A DNA stretch of 64,000 nucleotides. Source: an uncultured Acidobacteriota bacterium (lineage in GTDB: Bacteria > Acidobacteriota > Vicinamibacteria > Fen-336). Below are positions 56,305 to 64,000 of this stretch, piece after piece. A program made the translations under genes and the position numbers. Below the pieces are notes generated by a model that saw only the letters and a program-made list of their open reading frames with translations, did not search any database and had not been told where the DNA came from. The stretch is from positions 41,686-105,685 of the forward strand of contig CAZLRF010000009.1 of NCBI GenBank assembly GCA_964561785.1. The letters run 5' to 3'. The stretch's first letter is position 1. Each line of letters begins with the position of its first letter.

Positions 56305-57003
56305 GTGGCCGGGCCGGACCGCACGACCAAGGAGCGTCGCCGCCACCCGCGGTGGCGGCTGCGCCTGCCCGTACGCGTGCAGGGGAGCGAGCCGGACGGC
56401 TCCCCCTTCGAGGAGATGACGAGCTGCACCGACGCCTCCGCGGGAGGGGCCAGCATCCGCCTCGCTCACCCCGTCCGGCAGGGGCAGGTGCTGCTCCTGT
56501 CGCTCCCGCTTCCCGCGCAGTTTCGGCAGTACGACGTCACCTCCCAGTCGTACCGCGTCTACGCCCTCGTCCGCTCGGCCACCCCCTCGCCCGGAGAGCC
56601 GGCCCGCGTCGGCCTCCTCTTCTACGGCCGCCACCCGCCCGAGGGGGCGGCGTCGCTTCCGGGAGGGCTCTTCCTGATCGAGGGCGACCCTCGCCCGGCC
56701 TCGTCCGTGACCGCGATCGCCGTCCGGCTGCGCCTGCCGGCCGAGCAGGCGCCGGGGGGCGTGGAGCAGGAGGAGCGAGCGGCGGTCGAGCGCGTCGGCG
56801 AGCGGGGCGTGAGGGTGAAAGTCGGGCGGCTGCCCCTCATGCGGGGCGCGGTCCTCCGCCTCGAGGAGATCGGCGGCGAGTTCGCGACCTCGGCCGAGGT
56901 GGAGCAGCTGCGCATCGGCACAGACGGCGCGCCGAGCGTCGACCTCGTCTTCCTCGACGGGCCCCCGCCCGAGCGGTGGGGCCCGCCGCGGGGCGAGCCC
57001 TAA
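56305..57003 (+). CDS. tandem PilZ-like protein, paralogue of 22537..23256
   Basis: RRRHPRWRLRLPVRV...TDASAGGASIRL (RxxxR + DxSxGG) and overall collinearity with the other PilZ protein; GTG start with GGAGG 6 nt upstream. Confidence 0.6.
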   Translation: MAGPDRTTKERRRHPRWRLRLPVRVQGSEPDGSPFEEMTSCTDASAGGASIRLAHPVRQGQVLLLSLPLPAQFRQYDVTSQSYRVYALVRSATPSPGEPARVGLLFYGRHPPEGAASLPGGLFLIEGDPRPASSVTAIAVRLRLPAEQAPGGVEQEERAAVERVGERGVRVKVGRLPLMRGAVLRLEEIGGEFATSAEVEQLRIGTDGAPSVDLVFLDGPPPERWGPPRGEP

Positions 57004-58352
57004 GCCGACGCGAGCGCGAGGGCGCCGACCACGAGCGCCGAGTAGGCCACGAGGAAGACGAGGCCGTAGCCGAGGATGTCGCGGAACTCGAGCCGCGCGA
57101 CGCCGAGGAGCGGGATGGCCCAGAACGGCTGCACGAGGTTCGTGGCCATGTCGCCGTACGCGTAGGCCATGGCGACCGACGTCGCGCCCACGCCCAGCTC
57201 CGCCGCGGCCCCGAGCACGTACGGCGCCTCCATCGCCCACTTCGCCCCGCCCGAGGGGACGAGGGAGTTGAGCACGGCCGAGTAGGCGAAGACGACGAGC
57301 GGGAAGCTCCCGGGGCTCGACACGGCGAGAAAGGCGTGGGTCAGCGACTCCACGAGGCCGGTGTCCCTGATGATCCCGTAGATCCCCGCGTAGAGGGGGA
57401 ACTGGAGCACGACCCCGTGCAGCGGGCGCGAGGCCTCCTCGGCGGCCTTCCCCAGCGAGGCCGGGCTCGGATGCAGGAGAAGGCCGAGGGCGAGCGCCAC
57501 GAGGTTCACGCTGTCGAGCGTCGCGGCGAACGTGCCGGCCCGGGCCTGCAGGAGCAGGGACGCGAGGGCGAGAAGCCCGAGCCCGCGGTTGAGCCAGGGG
57601 CCGTGCACGAGGCGCTCGGCGGGCGTGGGCGACGCCGGCGGCCCCGGCGGCTCGAAGGACGAAAGCTGAGACAGCACCCGCGGCGGCACGGCGACGGTGC
57701 GCTCGCGGGGCGGGTGGAGGAGGGCCGCGAAGGCCGTCAGCACCACCACGACGGCCGTCATCAGGCCCAGGTTCGTCGCGGTGAAGATCGTCTGGGACAA
57801 CGGGACGACGCCCGCGACGAGGCCGTCCCGGATCATGAAGTTCCCCGGCGTCGCGAGCAGGAGCGGCACCGAGCCCGACGGGCCTCCGTGCCATGTCGTG
57901 CCCATGCCGAGGTAGGCGACGGCGACGAGGAGGCGGTAGTCGGCGTCGGGCCGGGCCCGGCCGATCGCCCGCACGAGCATGGCCGAGGCGATGAGGCCGA
58001 CGCCCCAGTTCAGCCAGCACAGGACCATCGACAGCAGGGCCGTCCAGGCCACGGCCGACCGGGACCCCCGGGGCACGCGGGCGAGCGTCTCGAGCGCCCG
58101 CGCGACCGGGGGCGCCACTGCGAGCACGTAGCCGGCAAAGATCACGAGCGCGATCTGCATGCCGAACGACAAGAGCGCCCACACGCCGCCGCCCCACGCG
58201 GACACGCACTGGGCGGGGGACGCGCCGCCCACGAAGAGCCCGAGGGCGAGGGCGAGCAGGGTGAGGAGGGCGGCGATCGAGAACGCGTCCGGCACCCAAC
58301 GGGCCGAGAGGCGGGCGAGGGCGTCGGCGAGGCGCGGAAGCAGGCCGCCCAC
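57000..58352 (-). CDS. atoE: short-chain fatty acid transporter (AtoE family)
   Basis: Full-length polytopic membrane protein matching the AtoE/SCFA-transporter pattern. Confidence 0.65.
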   Translation of the reverse strand: MGGLLPRLADALARLSARWVPDAFSIAALLTLLALALGLFVGGASPAQCVSAWGGGVWALLSFGMQIALVIFAGYVLAVAPPVARALETLARVPRGSRSAVAWTALLSMVLCWLNWGVGLIASAMLVRAIGRARPDADYRLLVAVAYLGMGTTWHGGPSGSVPLLLATPGNFMIRDGLVAGVVPLSQTIFTATNLGLMTAVVVVLTAFAALLHPPRERTVAVPPRVLSQLSSFEPPGPPASPTPAERLVHGPWLNRGLGLLALASLLLQARAGTFAATLDSVNLVALALGLLLHPSPASLGKAAEEASRPLHGVVLQFPLYAGIYGIIRDTGLVESLTHAFLAVSSPGSFPLVVFAYSAVLNSLVPSGGAKWAMEAPYVLGAAAELGVGATSVAMAYAYGDMATNLVQPFWAIPLLGVARLEFRDILGYGLVFLVAYSALVVGALALASA

Positions 58353-58355
58353 GGC

Positions 58356-59735
58356 TCAGGCGGGGAGCGGCTCGAAGAGCGCGGTGAAGTGGCGGAGCAC
58401 GGCGGGTGCCTTGGCGATGCGGTAGCCGCGGAGGCGGTCCTTCATCCCCGCGACCCCGACCACCGCCTCCGCCACGTAGTCGATGTGCGACTGCGTGTAC
58501 ACCCGGCGGGGGATGGCGAGGCGGACGAGGTCCATGGCCCCCTCTCTCTCCGTCCCGTCCGGCTGGAGGCCGAACATCACCGTGCCGATCTCGACCCCGC
58601 GGATGCCCGCCTCGACGTAGAGCGCGTTGGCGAGGGCGATTCCGGGGTACTGCAGCGGGGGGACGTGCGGGAGGAGCGCCCGCGCGTCGATGTAGACCGC
58701 GTGGCCTCCGGCCGGCCGGATGACCGGGACCCCCGCCGCCACGAGCCGCTCGTGGAGGTACTCGGTCGAGCGGATGCGGTAGCGAAGGTACGACTCCTCG
58801 ACCACCTCCTCGAGCCCGCGGGCCACCGCCTCGAGATCGTAGCCGGCGAGGCCCCCGTAGGTCGGGAAGCCCTCGGTCAGGATGAGCAGGTTGCGGCAGC
58901 GCTCGGCCCAGGCGTCGTCGTCGAGCGCGAGGAAGCCCCCGATGTTCGCGAGGCCGTCCTTCTTGGCCGACATCGTGCAGCCGTCGGCGAGCGAGAACAT
59001 CTCCTGGGCGATCGACTTGGGCGTGCGGTCGGCGAAGCCCTCCTCGCGCGTCTTGACGAAGTAGGCGTTCTCCGCGAAGCGGCAGGCGTCGAGGAAGAAC
59101 GGCTTGCCGTAGCGGTCGCACAGCTCGCGCACGCCGCGAAGGTTCTCGATCGAGACGGGCTGGCCGCCCCCGGTGTTGTTGGTGACCGTGACCATCACGA
59201 GGGGCACCCGCGCCCCGTCCGTCTCGAGCGTCCGCTCGAGGGCGGCGAGGTCGACGTTGCCCTTGAAGGGGTGGACCTGCGACGGCACGCGCCCCTCCGG
59301 GATCACGAGGTCGCGTGCCTCCGCCTCCTCGACCTCGACGTTGGCGCGGGTCGTGTCGAAGTGGTTGTTGTTGGGGACCACGTCCCCGGGCTTCAGCACG
59401 CTGTGGAAGAGGATCCGCTCCGCGGCCCGGCCCTGGTGGGTGGGGATGACGTGGCGGAAGCCGGTGAGGTCCTGCACCACGTCGCGAAAGCGGTAGAAGG
59501 AGCGGCTGCCCGCGTAGGACTCGTCGCCCTGCATGATCGCGCCCCACTGGGCGGCCGACATCGCCCCCGTGCCGGAGTCGGTCAGGAGGTCGACGAGCAC
59601 GTCCTCCGCGTGCAGCCGGAAGACGTTGTAGCCGGCCTCCGCGAGCGCCCGCTCGCGGTCCTCGCGGTGGGTGAACTTCACCGCCTCCACCGACTTGATG
59701 CGGAACGGCTCGATGATCGTCTTGAAGTGCAGCAT
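58356..59735 (-). CDS. tnaA: tryptophanase / tyrosine phenol-lyase family beta-eliminating lyase
   Basis: Full-length match (FRIKSVE, DLLTDSGTGAMS, SAKKDGLANIGG PLP-lysine region); 459 aa. Cannot distinguish tryptophanase from tyrosine phenol-lyase by eye. Confidence 0.75.
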   Translation of the reverse strand: MLHFKTIIEPFRIKSVEAVKFTHREDRERALAEAGYNVFRLHAEDVLVDLLTDSGTGAMSAAQWGAIMQGDESYAGSRSFYRFRDVVQDLTGFRHVIPTHQGRAAERILFHSVLKPGDVVPNNNHFDTTRANVEVEEAEARDLVIPEGRVPSQVHPFKGNVDLAALERTLETDGARVPLVMVTVTNNTGGGQPVSIENLRGVRELCDRYGKPFFLDACRFAENAYFVKTREEGFADRTPKSIAQEMFSLADGCTMSAKKDGLANIGGFLALDDDAWAERCRNLLILTEGFPTYGGLAGYDLEAVARGLEEVVEESYLRYRIRSTEYLHERLVAAGVPVIRPAGGHAVYIDARALLPHVPPLQYPGIALANALYVEAGIRGVEIGTVMFGLQPDGTEREGAMDLVRLAIPRRVYTQSHIDYVAEAVVGVAGMKDRLRGYRIAKAPAVLRHFTALFEPLPA

Positions 59736-59782
59736 GGCGCGCCCCTTCCTGCGGCGAGTATAGTCTCGCGCCCCGCGGCGGC

Positions 59783-61063
59783 TCAGGCCGCGGCCGGGCG
59801 CGGCCGCGACAGCCGCAGGAGCCCGATGCCGAGCAGGACGGCGACCCCCGCCACGAGGGCCTCCCGACCGGTGGCCCCCGAGGCGACGAGGACCGCCGCC
59901 ACCGCGAGGGTGGGGAGGGCCGGCCAGGCCTGGCCGGGGACGAGGCCTCGCTCGCGGCGACGGGCGAGGGCGACGAGGGCGAGGGCGCTCGTCCCGAACT
60001 GGGCGAGGACGGCGATGCTCGACAGCGCGAACAGCTCGCCGAGCTCGCCGAGGCTGACGATCAGGCAGACCACGAGCCAGGTGACGACGAGGGCCCGCGT
60101 GGGCACGCCGGAGGGCGAGACGCGGTCGAGGGCGAAGAGCTCGCGGCCCCCGGAGGCGAAGGCGGAGAGGTAGCGGGGCGTGGTGACCATCATCCCGAAG
60201 GCGATGCCGAGGGCCGACACGCTCGTCCCCGCCGCCACGAGTCGGGACAGGGGCGACCCGCCGAAGACCGCCGCCGCGTCGGCGAGAGGGGCGCTCGACG
60301 CCGCGAGCTGCGGCAGCGCGCTCACGCAGGCGAGCACGAGGGCGGCGTAGAGGGCGATCGCGAGGACGAGCGAGGCCACGGTCGCGAAGGGCACCGAGCG
60401 CGCCGAGGCCCGCACCTGCCCGGCGATCACGGGCACGATCTCGAAGCCCTGGCAGGCGAAGACGGCGGTGAGAGCGGCCCTCAGCCAGCCGGCGTGGGGG
60501 GCCGCCGGCGCGGGCGCGGCGGGCCCGCCCCCCGCGAGGGCGAAGGCGGCGACCAGGAGGAGGAGCGGCAGGAGCTTGAGGACGGTGAGGGCAGTCCAGA
60601 CCCGCGCGGAGACGCGCAGCCCGGAGGCCACGACGGCGGCGAGGACCGTGGTGAGCAGGGCGGGGGCCAGGCGGGCGAGAGGGCCCGCGGCACCCGCGGG
60701 AAGGAGGGCGCGGGTCAGCCCGACGATCACCGCCGCGGCGCTGAAGATCGCGCTCACGTAGGCGATCCAGCCGACCAGGAACGACGCCCGGTCCCCGAAC
60801 GCCGCCCGCGCGAAGACCACCGGCCCCCCGTCCTCGTCGAAGCGCCGGCCGAGGGCGGCGAAGGTGAGGGCGGCGGGCAGCAGGGCGAGCCCGGTCAGGA
60901 CGAAGACGGCCACCGCGCCGAGGCCGGGGGCGCTCGCCGCCACCGCGGCGGGGATGAAGAAGATGCCGACCCCCACGATCCCGTTGAGGCCGAGCGCGAC
61001 GAGCTGCAGCGGGCCGACCGGGCGCATGGGGGCGACTTCACCACAAGGCGGACGCGAAGACAA
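59783..61063 (-). CDS. APC-superfamily amino acid permease
   Basis: 12 TM helices, GLNGIVGVGIFFIP N-terminal motif; start may be the internal Met (61027). Confidence 0.7.
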   Translation of the reverse strand: MSSRPPCGEVAPMRPVGPLQLVALGLNGIVGVGIFFIPAAVAASAPGLGAVAVFVLTGLALLPAALTFAALGRRFDEDGGPVVFARAAFGDRASFLVGWIAYVSAIFSAAAVIVGLTRALLPAGAAGPLARLAPALLTTVLAAVVASGLRVSARVWTALTVLKLLPLLLLVAAFALAGGGPAAPAPAAPHAGWLRAALTAVFACQGFEIVPVIAGQVRASARSVPFATVASLVLAIALYAALVLACVSALPQLAASSAPLADAAAVFGGSPLSRLVAAGTSVSALGIAFGMMVTTPRYLSAFASGGRELFALDRVSPSGVPTRALVVTWLVVCLIVSLGELGELFALSSIAVLAQFGTSALALVALARRRERGLVPGQAWPALPTLAVAAVLVASGATGREALVAGVAVLLGIGLLRLSRPRPAAA

Positions 61064-61131
61064 AGCCTTGCCGGGGCCCCGGGGTCGTCACTATCATCGT
61101 TGCCGTCACATCCTCTCGCCGGGAGGCTCGC

Positions 61132-61584
61132 ATGCGACGTGCCGCGTGGTTCGCCATCGTCTCGTTGGCCTCGATGCCGGCGGCCGTCGCCCAGGCGCCC
61201 CCGCCGGGGCTCCCCCCGTCGACGCCGAAGATCCCGTCGCCGCCCGACGGCGGCGTCGCGGCCGTGTCCGGCGCCTACGCCTACCGCACGTACTGCGCGA
61301 GCTGCCACGGACCGGCAGGCAAGGGCGACGGACCCCTCGCGGAGAGCCTGCGCTTCCACCCCCCGGACCTGTCGCTGATCGCGAAGCGCAGCGGGGGGGA
61401 GTACCCCGCGGAGAAGGTCCACCGCATCGTCGACGGCCGCCGGCCCCTCCCCGGCCACGGAGGCCCCGACATGCCGATCTGGGGCGACGCCTTCAAGAAC
61501 CCGGAGACCGGGTTCGACGAGGCCTCGGTGAAGGAGAAGATCCGGGCGGTCGTCGAGTACGTGCGCACGCTCCAGGCGAAGTAG
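61132..61584 (+). CDS. monohaem class I cytochrome c (secreted)
   Basis: Signal peptide; CASCHG haem-binding motif; distal Met in PDMPIWG. Confidence 0.75.
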   Translation: MRRAAWFAIVSLASMPAAVAQAPPPGLPPSTPKIPSPPDGGVAAVSGAYAYRTYCASCHGPAGKGDGPLAESLRFHPPDLSLIAKRSGGEYPAEKVHRIVDGRRPLPGHGGPDMPIWGDAFKNPETGFDEASVKEKIRAVVEYVRTLQAK

Positions 61585-61637
61585 GGCGTCTTCGCGGGTC
61601 GGGCCTGCTATCATCGGCGCGACGTCCGCCCGCCGAG

Positions 61638-63815
61638 ATGGCCGATCCCCGTTCCCCCGCCGACCCCCTCCTCGACCTGCGCGTGCGCTGGCGGCTCGGG
61701 CGCGTTCTGCTGTGGGCCGCGGGCCTGCTGACCCTCGTCGCGCTCGCCCGGCCCCTCGCGCCGTGGTCGCCGGGGTGGCTCAAGGCGGCCGCCGCACTGC
61801 TCATCGGCCTCGGCGTCACCGCGTCCGCCCTCCTCGCCAGCCTTCGCGGGAGGAAGCTGCCGGAGACCCTCGCCCTGCACGGCTTTCTCGTGCTCTCGGT
61901 CGATGCGCTCGGGCAGGCGGTCGGAGCCCACGGGTTCCCGGTGTGGCCGTTCATGGTGCTGCTCGTCGCCGCGCTGTCCGTGGCGGAGGGGCTCCCGGTC
62001 GCGCTCGGGGTGGCGGCGCAGGCGACGCTCCTCGCCTCGGCCGACGCGGTGCGGCCGCTTCTTCCCCCTCTTCCCCCGGGCGGGCCGCCGCCCCTCGACC
62101 CGAGGCCCGTGATCGCCGCCGCCGTCGGCTACTTCGCCCTCGCCTTCGCCGTGAACCGCGCGCTCGCGGGGGAGAAGCAGCGCCTCTCCGCGACGCTCGC
62201 CGAGCTCGCGCGGCTCGAGCACGGCATCGCCCAGCTCGACGAGGAGCCCGCGGGCGCGCCCGCGCCCCCCGCGAGCGCCGCCCAGGCCCTGCGCCAGGTC
62301 ACCGAGGAGGGCCGTCGCGCTCGCCAGCTCGACCGGGCGAGCGAGCTCGACGCTGCCCTCCGGCGCCTCGTCGACGTGGCCCACCTCGCGGTCGGGGCCC
62401 ACTCGGTCCTGTACTTCGACGTGGACCGCCAGCGGGAGCAGGCCCACCTGCGGGTCTCCCGCGGGGTCCCGGCCCTGCTTCCCGGCTGCGCCGCCCCCCT
62501 CGGGACCGACCCGTTCTCCTTCGTGCTCGAGCGCGGCCAGCCCTTCTACGCGACCGACTTCCGGCGCCTCCTGTGGGAGCTGCCCTGGTACCGCGGGCAG
62601 GTCAAGGTCGGCACCCTCCTCGCCGTCCCCGTGCGCGCGGGCGACGTCATCGTCGGGGTCCTCGTCGCCGACCGCCTGGAGATCCAGGCGTTCACCGCGA
62701 ACGAGCCGCGCCTGCTCGAGGGGTTCGCCGCGCTCGCCGCGGACGCGATCCAGCGGGTCCGCGCCTCGCTCGGGCGGGAGGAGCTCGACGCCGAGTTCAA
62801 GGCCGTCTACCCGCTGTCGCAGCGGCTCGCGACTCTCTCGCGCGAGGCCGAGGTCCGCGAGCTCGTCCTGCGCGCCTCGCGCCACCTCGCCCCCGTCGAC
62901 GGGGGGGCGGTGGCGATGGCCGACGACCTCGACACGCGCTACGTCGTGGAGGCGGCCTTCGGCTGGCCCGCGGAGTTCCTGAAGCGGGAGGTGAGCCTCG
63001 AGGAGCGCACCTGGGCCTCGTGGGTGCTGCGCTCGGCGGAGGAGGCGTTCCTGCTCGACGACGTGGCGGGGCACGAGAAAGCGATGCCGGTGCTCGTGCT
63101 CGACGAGGGGGCCGGGCGGGCGGAGTCGCTCCTCGCGGTCCCGCTGCGCGCCCGCAACCGCACGCTCGGGGCCCTCGTCCTCACCGGCCCGCGAGGCAGC
63201 TTCGACGCCGCCGCGCGGCGCGTGCTCGAGATCCTCGCCAACCAGGCCGCGGCCACGATCCAGCTCATCAAGGACAAGGAGCAGCAGCGGCAGCTCGCGG
63301 TGCGCGACGGCCTCACCGGCCTGTACAACCGCCGGGCCTTCAACGAGCTGCTCTCCGCGGCGATCGCCAACGAGGACCGCCGCCCCGGGGGCAGCCTCGG
63401 CCTCGTGCTCCTCGACCTCGACCACTTCAAGAAGCTCAACGACACCTACGGCCACCTCGCGGGCGACGCCGCCCTGCGCTCGGTGGCGCGGCTGCTCGGA
63501 CAGCACCTGCGCAAGGGCGACCAGGCGGCCCGCTACGGGGGGGAGGAGTTCGTGGTCATCCTGCCCGGCTCGGACGAGGAGCGCGCCTCGGGCGCCGCGG
63601 AGCGCCTGCGGGCCGCCCTGCAGAAGCACCGTTTCGTGTTCGAGGGGGCCCGCATCCCGCTCACCGCGAGCCTCGGGGTCGCGGTGTGGCCGGCGGACGG
63701 GAAGGAGCCCGAGGCGCTCCTCGGCGCGGCCGACCGCGCCCTCTACGCCGCCAAGCAGGGCGGCCGCAACCGCGTCGCGGCCGCGTCGCGCCTGCCCCCG
63801 CCGGCGAAGGCCTGA
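61638..63815 (+). CDS. membrane-anchored GAF-domain diguanylate cyclase (GGDEF)
   Basis: N-terminal TM helices, two GAF-like regions, GGDEF domain with active site GGEEF and I-site RKGD; ATG 61638 chosen within the longer ORF. Confidence 0.8.
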   Translation: MADPRSPADPLLDLRVRWRLGRVLLWAAGLLTLVALARPLAPWSPGWLKAAAALLIGLGVTASALLASLRGRKLPETLALHGFLVLSVDALGQAVGAHGFPVWPFMVLLVAALSVAEGLPVALGVAAQATLLASADAVRPLLPPLPPGGPPPLDPRPVIAAAVGYFALAFAVNRALAGEKQRLSATLAELARLEHGIAQLDEEPAGAPAPPASAAQALRQVTEEGRRARQLDRASELDAALRRLVDVAHLAVGAHSVLYFDVDRQREQAHLRVSRGVPALLPGCAAPLGTDPFSFVLERGQPFYATDFRRLLWELPWYRGQVKVGTLLAVPVRAGDVIVGVLVADRLEIQAFTANEPRLLEGFAALAADAIQRVRASLGREELDAEFKAVYPLSQRLATLSREAEVRELVLRASRHLAPVDGGAVAMADDLDTRYVVEAAFGWPAEFLKREVSLEERTWASWVLRSAEEAFLLDDVAGHEKAMPVLVLDEGAGRAESLLAVPLRARNRTLGALVLTGPRGSFDAAARRVLEILANQAAATIQLIKDKEQQRQLAVRDGLTGLYNRRAFNELLSAAIANEDRRPGGSLGLVLLDLDHFKKLNDTYGHLAGDAALRSVARLLGQHLRKGDQAARYGGEEFVVILPGSDEERASGAAERLRAALQKHRFVFEGARIPLTASLGVAVWPADGKEPEALLGAADRALYAAKQGGRNRVAAASRLPPPAKA

Positions 63816-64000
63816 CGCCGCCCCGCTGCGCGGGGCCGCCCCTCCGCGAACCCGCCGACCCGCCGAACGGACCATTGACCCCGCGCCGCCCCCGCTCCTA
63901 GGCTTGGAGCGAAGGGAGGAGTGCCTTGGGCCGGGAGACGGTCGTGCGTTGGTCGTGCGTCGCGTGGGCGTTGTCGGTGGCGTCGTGCGGAGGGGGCGGC

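Overview
This is a high-GC (~70%+) bacterial chromosomal segment; the phylum cannot be determined from the sequence alone. Coding density is very high. Almost every real gene is embedded in longer spurious ORFs in other frames, typical of Arg/Gly/Pro-rich high-GC artefacts, so the calls below are trimmed to the frame and start supported by homology. Many junctions show ATGA/GTGA overlaps suggestive of translational coupling.

The dominant feature is a ~17.5 kb plus-strand supraoperon at 1382..18910. It encodes a fused aroD-aroE, then the complete histidine operon (hisZ-G-D-C-B-H-A-F-IE), then trpE-trpGD-trpC-trpF-trpB, a RidA-family gene, trpA, an AroQ chorismate mutase, and a class I-beta DAHP synthase with an N-terminal ferredoxin-like regulatory domain. 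tyrA lies ~7 kb downstream.

The remainder is an accessory mosaic, and four loci stand out:
- A divergent signalling locus: a LiaF-like protein and a LytS-family histidine kinase on the minus strand, opposite a single 550-aa polypeptide that fuses a Hanks Ser/Thr kinase, a receiver domain and a LytTR DNA-binding domain. This is the most unusual architecture seen.
- A minus-strand operon of AraC regulator, fused MFS/spermidine-synthase, SagB/ThcOx-type tandem nitroreductase, and secreted S9 (prolyl-oligopeptidase family) peptidase, joined by 4-bp overlaps.
- A GATase1-like protein with a Cys4 N-terminus plus a large ATP-grasp ligase.
- Two paralogous tandem-PilZ proteins plus a membrane GAF-GGDEF diguanylate cyclase.

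Other content, in order of position:
- Oxidoreductases, cytochromes and catabolic genes: a GMC oxidoreductase with a Tat small subunit and a dihaem cytochrome lipoprotein; a monohaem cytochrome c; a Gfo/Idh/MocA oxidoreductase; a tryptophanase-family lyase with an amino-acid permease and an SCFA transporter.
- RNA and transcription: Rho; a CCA-adding enzyme; an RNB exoribonuclease.
- Membrane and transport: an ABC-2 pair; a GT-C glycosyltransferase; LtrA.
- Small domain proteins: a Fic-like protein with a degenerate active-site motif; a PEBP/YbhB protein.

No rRNA, tRNA, CRISPR array, transposase or integrase was found. Several conserved-looking hairpins and inverted repeats in intergenic regions are reported.
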